64,000 nucleotides of DNA from an uncultured Eubacteriales bacterium (lineage in GTDB: Bacteria; Bacillota; Clostridia; Oscillospirales; CAG-272), in NCBI GenBank assembly GCA_934796165.1, contig CAKVOU010000007.1, positions 27,303-91,302 of the forward strand. Reading direction: 5' to 3'. The notes below the pieces were generated by a model. It made no database searches. It was not told the DNA's origin and saw only the letters and a list, made by a program, of their open reading frames with translations. The position numbers were made by a program, and so were the translations under genes. Within the stretch, counting starts at the first letter, position 1; each line of letters starts with the position of its first letter. Below are positions 29,195-38,468 of this stretch, piece by piece.

Positions 29195-29989
29195 ATGGCA
29201 ATGTCTCCTTACGAAATCAAAAAAGAGATCTGCGAGATCGGCAAGCGCGTGTATGACAAGGGCTTTGTCGCGGCAAATGACGGCAACATCTCCGTTAAAG
29301 TGAACGACAACGAGTTTTACTGCACCCCGACCGGCGTGTCCAAGGGCTACATGACCCCCGACATGATCATCCGCATTGACGGAAACGGCAACAAGCTGGA
29401 GGGTCGTCTGAACCCCTCCTCCGAGATCAAGATGCACCTGCGCGTTTACCGCGAGCGTCCCGATGTCATGGCAGTCGTGCACGCACATCCTCCGATCGCT
29501 ACGGCGTTCACGGTTGCGAACGTCCCGCTCAACCAGTATATTCTTCCCGAGGCGGTCCTTTCCCTCGGTGACGTTCCGACCTGCGAATACGGCACGCCGT
29601 CCACCATGGAGATTCCGGATTCCCTCATGCCCTACATCCAGAATCACGACGCGTTCCTGCTCAAGAACCACGGCGCCCTGACCGTCGGCAACAGCCTGCA
29701 GAAGGCAATGTTTGTCATGGAAGAGGTCGAGTTCAACGCAAAGATCTGTATGTATGCGCGCCAGCTCGGCGGCGTGGACGAGATCCCCTGCGACCAGCTT
29801 GAAAAGCTGATGGAGCTCCGCAAGAAGATGAATATGCCCGGCAGGCATCCCGGTTGCCGGATGTGCCCCAACAAGGGAACCGACAAGTGCCACTGCAAGA
29901 CCGATGCCACGACCTGTTCCTCCAACACGGCAAATCCCGACCTTGTCGCCGAGATCACCCGCCGCGTGATGGCACAGCTGAACAAATAA
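29195..29989 (+). CDS. class II (fuculose/rhamnulose-phosphate type) aldolase with Cys-rich linker and C-terminal encapsulation-peptide-like helix
   Basis: ANDGNISVK...SSEIKMHLRVY...VVHAHPP aldolase_II motifs. An extra roughly 50 aa tail ends in NPDLVAEITRRVMAQLNK. Confidence 0.9.
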   Translation: MAMSPYEIKKEICEIGKRVYDKGFVAANDGNISVKVNDNEFYCTPTGVSKGYMTPDMIIRIDGNGNKLEGRLNPSSEIKMHLRVYRERPDVMAVVHAHPPIATAFTVANVPLNQYILPEAVLSLGDVPTCEYGTPSTMEIPDSLMPYIQNHDAFLLKNHGALTVGNSLQKAMFVMEEVEFNAKICMYARQLGGVDEIPCDQLEKLMELRKKMNMPGRHPGCRMCPNKGTDKCHCKTDATTCSSNTANPDLVAEITRRVMAQLNK

Positions 29990-30031
29990 TCCGGATTCCC
30001 GAAAATTTACGGAAAGGAATCATACATAACT

Positions 30032-31249
30032 ATGGAACTCAGTCAGAATGAGATCGAACGCATCGTCAGAGAAGTGCTCGGCTCGGTCGGGAGCACCGCC
30101 GCAAATGCGGGCGGTCCCCTTCCCAAAACCGCGCACGTTGCGATGCTGACCGGTCCCAAGCATTTTGAAGTCAAGGAATTCCCCGTTCCCGAGCTCACGG
30201 ACGACGACATTCTCGTCCGGGTCGAGGGTGCCGGCGTCTGCGGAACCGACGTGCATGAATGGCGCGCCGATCCGTTCGGACTCATTCCCGTCGTGCTCGG
30301 TCACGAGGGAACGGGCGAGGTGGTCTACCTCGGCAAGAACATCAAAAAGGACACGGCGGGAAATCCGCTGAAAGTCGGCGACAAGCTGGTGACCTCGGTC
30401 ATCTCCTGCGGCGACTGCTACATCTGCCGCATGGTGCCGGGCAGAACCAACCTCTGCGACGCGCAGGGCGTGTTCGGTCTGATCGGCGACAAGCGCGGCA
30501 CCGCCGAGGGCAACCGCCTCAACGGCTGGTTCTCGGATTACATGCTCATCCGCGGCAAGGGCACGACCTACTTCCGCGTCAACGAGCTGAACCTCAACCA
30601 GAGAATGCTCCTCGAGCTTGCGACCGTCTGTGTTCACGCGCTGGAGCGCGGTCAGAGCACGGGTCTGCTCAACTTCAACTCCAAGGTTCTCTTACAGGGC
30701 TGCGGACCTGTCGGACTGATGATGTTGTGTGTGCTCCGCGCGGCGGGCATCAACCACGTCATCGCGCTGGATGGCAACGAAGACCGTCTGAAGCTGGCGC
30801 AGGCACTGGGAGCCAAGTCAACGATCTGCTTCAAGCGTCCCGATGAGGACACGCTTGACAAGCGCGTTGCAAAGATCAAGGAGCTTGCCAACGGCGTCGG
30901 CGTGGACTTTGCATATCAGTGCACGGGCGCACCCGCGGCGGCGGCTGACATCTACTCCTACATCCGCCGGGGCGGCGGCATGTGCGAGATGGGCTTCTTC
31001 GTCAACAACGGAGAGTACTCCGTCAACCCGCACCTTGCTATGTGCAACAAGGAGATCAACATCGTCGGCTCGTGGGATTACAGCGCATCGGATTACCCGA
31101 CCGCCGTCGCATTCCTCAAGCAGTGCGCGGAGATGAACATCCCCGTGGAGAAGCTCATCACCCACTCCTTCCCGCTCGACCAGATGAACGAAGCGATGGA
31201 GACCAACGTGGCGCAGAAGGGCATCAAGATCTGCTACATTGCAAAGTAA
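30032..31249 (+). CDS. zinc-dependent MDR-family alcohol dehydrogenase with N-terminal encapsulation-peptide-like helix
   Basis: GVCGTDVHEW and GHEGTGEVV Zn-ADH motifs. An N-terminal extension of roughly 35 aa, MELSQNEIERIVREVLGSVG, precedes the catalytic domain. Confidence 0.9.
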   Translation: MELSQNEIERIVREVLGSVGSTAANAGGPLPKTAHVAMLTGPKHFEVKEFPVPELTDDDILVRVEGAGVCGTDVHEWRADPFGLIPVVLGHEGTGEVVYLGKNIKKDTAGNPLKVGDKLVTSVISCGDCYICRMVPGRTNLCDAQGVFGLIGDKRGTAEGNRLNGWFSDYMLIRGKGTTYFRVNELNLNQRMLLELATVCVHALERGQSTGLLNFNSKVLLQGCGPVGLMMLCVLRAAGINHVIALDGNEDRLKLAQALGAKSTICFKRPDEDTLDKRVAKIKELANGVGVDFAYQCTGAPAAAADIYSYIRRGGGMCEMGFFVNNGEYSVNPHLAMCNKEINIVGSWDYSASDYPTAVAFLKQCAEMNIPVEKLITHSFPLDQMNEAMETNVAQKGIKICYIAK

Positions 31250-31288
31250 CAAACAAACGCATCATCAAAAAGAAAGAGGAACACCGGA

Positions 31289-31612
31289 ATGTCACACGCG
31301 CTCGGAATGATCGAGGTATACGGCTTCACGACTGCCATTGTCACGGCGGACGCCGCGGCGAAAGCGGCGGACGTGGAGATCGTTGCCATTGACAAGAACA
31401 AGCCGGCAAATGCCGACAAATGCGAGGTTCCGCTCGTGATGGTCGTCAAAATGGAAGGCAGCGAGGACGCAGTGGAGGCGGCGATGGAGGCAGGCATCAA
31501 GGCTGCCCGGGATCGCGGACGCTACATTACCTCAAAGCTGATTGCCCGGCTCTCGGAGGACGCGGAATGGTTTGCGCGTCTGGACGCGACGGGGCATGAC
31601 AAGCTCCGCTGA
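31289..31612 (+). CDS. BMC-H shell protein (Pfam00936 type) with internal insertion and C-terminal extension
   Basis: [28 protein letters not shown]... Confidence 0.85.
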   Translation: MSHALGMIEVYGFTTAIVTADAAAKAADVEIVAIDKNKPANADKCEVPLVMVVKMEGSEDAVEAAMEAGIKAARDRGRYITSKLIARLSEDAEWFARLDATGHDKLR

Positions 31613-31662
31613 GGCGGAAAACGAAACATAATCTGAACATTATATTTAAGGAGAACAAAACA

Positions 31663-31938
31663 ATGCAGGAAGCACTCGGAATGATCGAGACAAGAGGTCT
31701 CGTCGCAGCAATTGAAGCAGCAGACGCCATGGTCAAGGCGGCAAACGTCGTCCTCGTCGGCTCCGAGAAGATCGGATCCGGGCTCGTCAGCATCATGGTC
31801 CGCGGAGATGTCGGAGCTGTCAAGTCGGCTGTGGAAGCAGGAAACGAAGCGGCAAGCAGACTCGGCGAGGTCGTTGCAACCCACGTAATCCCGAGACCCC
31901 ACGCAGACGTCGAGAAGCTGCTCCCCAAGCTCGGCTGA
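31663..31938 (+). CDS. BMC-H shell protein (PduA/EutM-like)
   Basis: [27 protein letters not shown]...[15 protein letters not shown]...THVIPRPH. Confidence 0.95.
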   Translation: MQEALGMIETRGLVAAIEAADAMVKAANVVLVGSEKIGSGLVSIMVRGDVGAVKSAVEAGNEAASRLGEVVATHVIPRPHADVEKLLPKLG

Positions 31939-31953
31939 TTTTCCTGATCCGTC

Positions 31954-32223
31954 ATGGAAAACGCAATTGCACTTCTTGAAGTACAGGCGAATGTCGCCGC
32001 GATCGCGGGGCTTGACGCAATGGTGAAGGCGGCAAACGTCCGTCTCATCCACGTCGAGCGCCGCCTCGGCGGACGGCTCATCACCGTCGTTGTGGAGGGT
32101 TCCGTTTCCGACGTGACCGCGGCGCTTGAAGCCGGAAAGGTCGCGGCGGGAGAGGTCGGAACCGTCAAATGCGCGGAGGTCATCGCCCGTCCTCACGAAG
32201 AGGTCATGAAATTTCTGAAGTGA
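31954..32223 (+). CDS. BMC-H shell protein, divergent paralogue
   Basis: [28 protein letters not shown]...VEGSVSDVTAALEAG. Confidence 0.9.
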   Translation: MENAIALLEVQANVAAIAGLDAMVKAANVRLIHVERRLGGRLITVVVEGSVSDVTAALEAGKVAAGEVGTVKCAEVIARPHEEVMKFLK

Positions 32224-32359
32224 CCGGAAACACCCGTTTCCCGCGAAAAACCGCTCCCCAAGGCGCGGCGTCCCCGTTCGGGAACGGATACCAACGCCTG
32301 TTGACCGCATACGCGGAAAACATAAAATAAGTAATGATATCAAATAGGAGGATATTACA

Positions 32360-32632
32360 ATGGAAGCTCTTGGCATGATTGAGACCAGAGGTCTGGTTGC
32401 CGCAATCGAGGCAGCCGATGCAATGGTCAAGGCAGCAAACGTCGTCCTCATCGGCTCCGAGAAGATCGGTTCCGGTTTGGTCAGCGTCATGGTGCGCGGA
32501 GATGTCGGTGCCGTAAAGGCAGCTGTCGAAGCAGGCGGAGCCGCAGCAGGCAAGCTCGGCGAAGTCGTTGCGACCCACGTGATCCCGAGACCTCACGCAG
32601 ACGTCGAAAAGCTGCTCCCCAAGCTCGGCTGA
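32360..32632 (+). CDS. BMC-H shell protein (PduA/EutM-like), about 90% aa-identical paralogue of 31663..31938
   Basis: Near-identical protein with many synonymous nucleotide differences. Strong AGGAGG SD. Confidence 0.95.
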   Translation: MEALGMIETRGLVAAIEAADAMVKAANVVLIGSEKIGSGLVSVMVRGDVGAVKAAVEAGGAAAGKLGEVVATHVIPRPHADVEKLLPKLG

Positions 32633-33147
32633 TTGTCGTCTGACAGCTGATCCGGGCAACCGCCTGCGGGACGCTTTTCGTCTCCCGTATGCCGCTTGCC
32701 GGGCAGTCTCAAAGCGGGACTGCCCGGCAGAGCCCCGGCGCTGTGTTTCCTTTTTGGGCGCTTCCGCCATATCCGTTTTTCCCTATCCGTTTTTTCTATC
32801 CGCTTTGCTTTTTTACCGGTGTCCCTTCCGCATGAGGAGGGAGCATCGCACAACAGGGCTTCCCGTTCCGTATGCGCATCATACCGGGACAGCCAGCCGC
32901 GTCCCTCGGGCGTCCGCCCCGCGGCGCACGGATTTTTGCCGTGAAACTGCACGGGGAACAAGCAATGATCAGCGGTCGGCAGTCAACGGCAGTGGTCATC
33001 CGTAATCGTTGGTCTGCGGTCGTTCAACTATCCGGCTGTCATCATCTGTCAGCCGGCAACCATCGGAAAATTCACCGCTCCCCGGGGGAGGCGGTATCCA
33101 TACTCGCACGCCGCGCCACAGGGTCCGGCGGGAAAGGCAGGAACTCC

Positions 33148-33399
33148 ATGCAAAAAGGAATCGTCATCGGAAACGTCGTATCCACGCGGAAACAGGACAC
33201 GCTGGTCGGATACAAGTTTCTCGAGGTCAGGATCATTGAAAACAACCGTGAGACGGACAAGTATCTCATCGCGGTAGACACGGTCGGCGCCGGCATCGGC
33301 GAGACCGTTCTCCTCACGACCGGAAGCGGTGCACGTCTTGCGCTCCGTTCCCCGGACGCTCCGGTGGACGCGGCAGTCGTCGGTATCGTCGATTATTGA
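33148..33399 (+). CDS. BMC-P pentameric vertex protein (EutN/CcmL/PduN family)
   Basis: ORF 32872..33399 trimmed to the ATG at 33148. MQKGIVIGNVVSTRKQDTLVGYKFLEV...DAAVVGIVD. Confidence 0.9.
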   Translation: MQKGIVIGNVVSTRKQDTLVGYKFLEVRIIENNRETDKYLIAVDTVGAGIGETVLLTTGSGARLALRSPDAPVDAAVVGIVDY

Positions 33400-33611
33400 C
33401 GCGCGGACACCGGATTTTCCCGGGCGGATCCGCCGGAAAGCCGGAAGAAACGCCGTATCCGGACGACACCCCATGCGACAACTCTGCCGGTACCCGAGCC
33501 GCAGTCCCGCGGGCGGGCAGCGATCCGGCAAACCAACGGAATCCGAAAGCTTCTGTCGGGCAACCCGACTATTACCCTCCCCTCCCGGGAGGTTCATAAG
33601 GAACAGTACTT

Positions 33612-34940
33612 ATGCAAACGAAACTTGTTGAACTCATGAAACAGGCGTCCGTCGTCGGTGCGGGCGGAGCGGGCTTCCCCTCCTATGCAAAGATTGCGGA
33701 CGGAGCGGACACGCTGGTGGTCAACGCCGCCGAGTGTGAGCCTCTGACCTATACCGACCTGACGCTCATGCGTCATCATATGCCCGAGATCATCCGCGGC
33801 GTGGAGATCGTTCTCTCGGAAACGGGAATGGAGCGCGGCATCGTCGGCATGAAGACCCACACGGGCAAGGAGCTCGGTTACACAGACGGGCAGGTGCTCG
33901 GCAAGAACGTCACCGTCTGCCTGCTTCCCGACGTCTACCCGATGGGCGACGAAATCTCACTCATTTACGAAACAACCGGCAGGCTGGTTCAGCCCGGTGC
34001 GCTTCCCATCACCCAGCACGTCATCGTCTACAACGCGGAAACGGTCTACAACATCTACCGCGCCGTAACCGAGGGCGCGCCCGTCACGGAAAAGTGGCTG
34101 TCCATCGGCGGCGACTTAAAACAGGGCTACATCGTCCGGGTCCCGATCGGCATGCGCATCTCCGAGCTGTTTGAAAAGCTCGGCATCACCATCCCCGAAG
34201 GGCACGTACTCATCGACGGCGGTCCGTCCATGGGCAAGATCATCCCGCTTTCCGGCTCGGTCATCCGCAAGACGACCAAGGGTCTTCTGATCCTTCCCGA
34301 CACCATTCCCGCCGTGGTCAACCAGAACCGCTCGCCGGACGAGCAGAGAAAAATCGCAAGCTCGGTCTGCTGCCAGTGCTCGCGCTGTACGGAGCTTTGC
34401 CCGCGGCATATGCTCGGCTACCCGATCGAACCGCACCGCATGGTACGTTCCTCGGTGAGCATCGCCAAGGACGATCCGATTCTCATCCAGACGGCGCAGG
34501 TCTGCTGTTCCTGCGGCATCTGTTCCGTTGCCGCGTGCTGTCAGGGCATTTCCCCCCGCGCGGTCATCAACGAATACAAGGGGATCCTTGCAAAGAACCG
34601 CGTCCGCTTCAACGCGAACGGCAAGATCTATCATCCCCATCCCGACAGAGAGAACCGCATGATGTCCTCCGAGCGCTGGAAAGAGCTGCTCGGCGTCAAG
34701 CGGTTTGACAAGGAAGGTAAGTTCCTCCCCGACCTCATGGGAGCCAAAGAGGTTGTCATTCCCATGAGTATGCACATCGGCGCGCCGTCGGTCCCCGCAG
34801 TGAGTGTCGGCGACCATGTGACGGCAGGACAGCTGATTGCGGGCGCCGCCGAGGGTGCGCTCTCGGTTCCCCAGTACGCGTCCGTCACGGGCAAGGTCAC
34901 CTTTGCCGACGCAAAGCAGATCATCATTCAGGCAGACTGA
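33612..34940 (+). CDS. PduS-like flavo-iron-sulfur oxidoreductase (RnfC/Complex1_51K-related)
   Basis: GAGGAGFPS nucleotide-binding motif, two Cys clusters (CCQCSRCTELCP, CCSCGICSVAAC), and a C-terminal RnfC-type barrel IPMSMHIGAPSVPAVSVGDHV. Confidence 0.85.
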   Translation: MQTKLVELMKQASVVGAGGAGFPSYAKIADGADTLVVNAAECEPLTYTDLTLMRHHMPEIIRGVEIVLSETGMERGIVGMKTHTGKELGYTDGQVLGKNVTVCLLPDVYPMGDEISLIYETTGRLVQPGALPITQHVIVYNAETVYNIYRAVTEGAPVTEKWLSIGGDLKQGYIVRVPIGMRISELFEKLGITIPEGHVLIDGGPSMGKIIPLSGSVIRKTTKGLLILPDTIPAVVNQNRSPDEQRKIASSVCCQCSRCTELCPRHMLGYPIEPHRMVRSSVSIAKDDPILIQTAQVCCSCGICSVAACCQGISPRAVINEYKGILAKNRVRFNANGKIYHPHPDRENRMMSSERWKELLGVKRFDKEGKFLPDLMGAKEVVIPMSMHIGAPSVPAVSVGDHVTAGQLIAGAAEGALSVPQYASVTGKVTFADAKQIIIQAD

Positions 34941-35035
34941 CGCGGTGGTATATACCGGATCGTGCCGCGGCACCGCCGGGATACAGCCGTGAAACCAAAT
35001 ACCGGAACGAATCCACAGAAAGGCAGAGTTAATAT

Positions 35036-35581
35036 ATGTATCAGGCAGTCGGAGTCATGGAACTCAAAAGCATCGCCAAGGGGATCGAAGCGGCAGACGA
35101 CGCGCTCAAGAGCGCGGGAATCCGTCTCGTGTCCGCGCATCCCTCCTGCCCCGGAAAATACGAAATCATTCTGACAGGCTCGGTGTCCAATGTGACCGCC
35201 GCCGTCGATCATGTCAAGGAAAGATTCGGAGACGTGATCGTGGACAGCTGCGTCATGGGCAGAATCGACGAGCAGGTCATCACCGCTCTCTACGGCACGC
35301 AGGCAGTCGCAAAGGAAGGTTCACTCGGCATTGTCGAGACCTATTCCGCGTCCTCCGCGATCAAGGCGGCGGATATCGCGGTCAAGACCTCCCGCGTGGA
35401 GATTTACGAATTGCGTCTGTCCCGCGGTATGGGCGGCAAGGGCGTTCTCCTCGTCACGGGCGAGGTCGGGGACGTAACGGCTGCCGTGGAAGCCGGCGCA
35501 AAGTACGCAAAGGAGCAGTCGCTCTATAACTACTCCGCTGTCATCGCCGCTCCCCACGAGGAGCTCTGGGAACAGCTCTGA
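35036..35581 (+). CDS. tandem-domain BMC-T shell protein, PduT-like
   Basis: Two fused BMC domains. The SCPGKY cysteine sits at the position of the PduT pore [4Fe-4S] ligand. Confidence 0.85.
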   Translation: MYQAVGVMELKSIAKGIEAADDALKSAGIRLVSAHPSCPGKYEIILTGSVSNVTAAVDHVKERFGDVIVDSCVMGRIDEQVITALYGTQAVAKEGSLGIVETYSASSAIKAADIAVKTSRVEIYELRLSRGMGGKGVLLVTGEVGDVTAAVEAGAKYAKEQSLYNYSAVIAAPHEELWEQL

Positions 35582-35703
35582 TAAAATTGCCGGATGCCGG
35601 GAGAATATCCCCGCAGCCTGCAAAGAATTACCGAAAGCCGCCGGTTTTTCCGGAACGGCTTCCGGTTTTCCCCGTTTGATTCCGTCCGAAAGGAGGCAAG
35701 CCC

Positions 35704-38232
35704 GTGGAATCCATTCGTTTTTGCCTTAAAAAGAGCGAGCGTATCACCAAGCTGGTGCACGACCTCTACGATCATCTCCCCGAGATTGAGCCGTACCGTG
35801 CCGAGCTGGTCACAGAGAGCTACAAACAGACCGAAAACCTGCCGATCATCAAAAGACGTTCGGCGGCTTTTCGTCATATTCTCGAAAACTTCCCCGTCGT
35901 TATCCGTGACGGGGAGCTGATTGCCGGCTCCAACTCCGTTTCCCCGCGCGGGTGTCAGACCTTCCCGGAATACTCCTTTGAATGGCTGGAGCCGGAGTTT
36001 GACACGATTGCCACACGCGAAGCGGATCCTTTTTACATTTCCGACGATACCAAGCGTCGTCTTTCTGCCGTCCACCCTTATTGGAAGGGTAAGACGGTGA
36101 GCGACCTTGCCGCTTCAAACATGGATCCCGAGGTACTGGATGTTTTCCTGCACCACGGCATTTTCACGGTCGGCAACTACTTCTACAACGGCATCGGGCA
36201 CGTCAACGTCAACTACGAAAAGGTCATCCGCGACGGGTATGCATCCTTCCTTGACGAAGTGCGCAGGACGCGCGCGTCGCTTGACATGGGAAGCGGCGAC
36301 TACATTACGCGCAAGCAGTTTCTCGACGCGGTGGAGGAATCGCTCCTTGCCGTCATCGGCTACGCGCACCGCTATGCGGAGCTTGCGGAAAAGACCGCCG
36401 GCGGCTGTGCCGATCCGGTCCGCCGCCGCGAGCTGAAGCGCATTGCCGACGCCTGCCGGTGGGTCCCGGAGCATGGTGCGCGTACCTTCTTCGAGGCGTG
36501 CCAGTCCTTCTGGTTCGTGCAGCAGCTTCTGCAGCTGGAATCCAGCGGACATTCCATCTCTCCCGGGCGCTTTGATCAGTATATGTATCCCTATTTCAGG
36601 GCGGACATTGAGTCGGGCAGAGAAACCCTCGAATCGGCACAGGAGCTGATCGACAACATCTGGGTCAAACTCAATGACCTGAACAAGGTGCGCGACGCGG
36701 CATCGGCAAAGGGCTTTGCCGGATACGGGCTGTTCCAGAATCTGATCGTGGGCGGTCAGGACGAGAACGGGCGCGACGCGACCAACGAATTGTCCTATCT
36801 TTGCCTCGAAGCCTCCATGCACGTCCGTCTGCCCCAGCCGTCCCTGTCCATCCGGATCTGGAACGGCACGCCGCACGATCTCATGATCAAGGCGGTCTCG
36901 GTCACGCGCGACGGGCTCGGTGTTCCCGCGTTCTACAACGACGAGGTGATTATTCCCGCGCTGATGAATCGGGGGCTTTCGCTTGCCGAGGCGCGCGACT
37001 ACTGCATCATCGGTTGCGTGGAGCCGCAGAAGGGACACATGACCGACGGCTGGCACGACGCGGCGTTCTTCAATATGTGCCGTCCTCTGGAAATGGTATT
37101 TTCCGACGGCTTTGACCGCGGAGTGCAGATCGGTCCCCACACGGGGAATGTGGAGGAGTTCTCCACCTTTGAAGAATTCTTTGACGCCTACAAAAAGCAG
37201 GAGCACGCCATGCTCAGAATGCTGGTGAACGCCGACAACGCGGTGGATCTGGCGCACGCGGTGCGCTGTCCCCTGCCCTTTGAGTCCTCCATGGTGGATG
37301 ACTGCATCGGGCGCGGCAGATCACTCCAGGAGGGCGGTGCGCACTACAATTTCACGGGTCCGCAGGGCTTCGGCATTGCCAACGTGACCGATGCGCTCAC
37401 GGCGATCCGGGAGCTGGTCTACAACCAAAAGTCGGTCACCATGAAAGAAATGAAGGAAGCGATCGCCGCCAACTTCGGCGAAGCGCCCTCCAAGGAAGAA
37501 GCGATCCGGCTGACGGCGGAGGTAGTCGCACAGCTGACCGGGACCGGTGTCACCGTCACGGACGCGCAGATCGCGGACATCTGCCGCATGATTCTCTCGG
37601 GCAACGCGCTCCCCGAGGCAAAGCGCGCGCGTTACCATGAAATCAGGGAAATGATCGACGCGCTGCCGAGGTACGGCAACGACGACGAGACGGTCGATCT
37701 GCTTGCACGCGAGGTCGCCTACACCTACACGCGTCCGCTTGAGACCTTTACCAACCCGCGCGGCGGGCGGTATCAGGCAGGACTGTATCCGGTATCCGCC
37801 AATGTTCCGCTCGGCGCGGAGACGGGAGCGACGCCGGACGGAAGGCTCTGCGGCACGCCAATTGCGGACGGGGTCGGCCCCGCGCAGGGGCGGGACACCC
37901 ACGGTCCGACGGCGGCGGCAAACTCCGTGGCGAAGCTGGATCACGGCATTGCCTCCAACGGAACGCTGTTCAACATGAAATTCCATCCGTCCGCGCTTGC
38001 GGGCATGGCGGGACTTGAAAAGTTTGCCGCCTTCATCCGCGGATTCTTCGATCAGAAAGGTATGCACGTGCAGTTCAACGTGGTCTCCAGGGAGACGTTG
38101 CTTGACGCGCAGGCGCACCCCGAAAACTACAAAACGCTGGTCGTCCGCGTTGCGGGATACAGTGCGCTCTTCACGACGCTGTCGCGTTCGCTTCAGGACG
38201 ACATCATCAGCCGTACCGAGCAAGGGTTTTAA
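35704..38232 (+). CDS. glycyl radical enzyme, B12-independent diol (1,2-propanediol) dehydratase-like
   Basis: GTG start with AAAGGAGG upstream. Cys loop IIGCVEPQ, C-terminal glycyl loop VVRVAGYSALF, 842 aa. The substrate call rests on locus context only. Confidence 0.9.
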   Translation: MESIRFCLKKSERITKLVHDLYDHLPEIEPYRAELVTESYKQTENLPIIKRRSAAFRHILENFPVVIRDGELIAGSNSVSPRGCQTFPEYSFEWLEPEFDTIATREADPFYISDDTKRRLSAVHPYWKGKTVSDLAASNMDPEVLDVFLHHGIFTVGNYFYNGIGHVNVNYEKVIRDGYASFLDEVRRTRASLDMGSGDYITRKQFLDAVEESLLAVIGYAHRYAELAEKTAGGCADPVRRRELKRIADACRWVPEHGARTFFEACQSFWFVQQLLQLESSGHSISPGRFDQYMYPYFRADIESGRETLESAQELIDNIWVKLNDLNKVRDAASAKGFAGYGLFQNLIVGGQDENGRDATNELSYLCLEASMHVRLPQPSLSIRIWNGTPHDLMIKAVSVTRDGLGVPAFYNDEVIIPALMNRGLSLAEARDYCIIGCVEPQKGHMTDGWHDAAFFNMCRPLEMVFSDGFDRGVQIGPHTGNVEEFSTFEEFFDAYKKQEHAMLRMLVNADNAVDLAHAVRCPLPFESSMVDDCIGRGRSLQEGGAHYNFTGPQGFGIANVTDALTAIRELVYNQKSVTMKEMKEAIAANFGEAPSKEEAIRLTAEVVAQLTGTGVTVTDAQIADICRMILSGNALPEAKRARYHEIREMIDALPRYGNDDETVDLLAREVAYTYTRPLETFTNPRGGRYQAGLYPVSANVPLGAETGATPDGRLCGTPIADGVGPAQGRDTHGPTAAANSVAKLDHGIASNGTLFNMKFHPSALAGMAGLEKFAAFIRGFFDQKGMHVQFNVVSRETLLDAQAHPENYKTLVVRVAGYSALFTTLSRSLQDDIISRTEQGF

Positions 38233-38468
38233 GGGAATTCCGGGAGAGTAAGCGAGTCGGGCGGCGGAAGTCCGCGGTTGCGGCTCGGGGGCTCTGGGAG
38301 ACGAGGGGGCACGGCGGACGGAGAGCCGCTGAGCGCGGGCGGAAGTCGCCCGGCTGCGCGCGGATACAGGTTTCTGCGTATACCGGTAAAGTCGTCCCTC
38401 GCACAGTACAGAGTTACCCCTCGGACCAGCAGATTTGCCCATAAAAAAGACCGAAAGGAGACCGTGCC

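Noticed and set aside
31522-32770. 343-aa, 218-aa and 188-aa minus-strand ORFs across the shell-gene block
   Set aside because: Antisense to four unmistakable BMC-H genes.
33612-34940. Apparent domain permutation of the PduS-like protein relative to RnfC (barrel domain at the C- rather than N-terminus)
   Set aside because: As far as I recall this is the normal PduS architecture, so it is not novel in itself.
36115-38442. 380-aa and 373-aa minus-strand ORFs
   Set aside because: Antisense to the glycyl radical enzyme gene.
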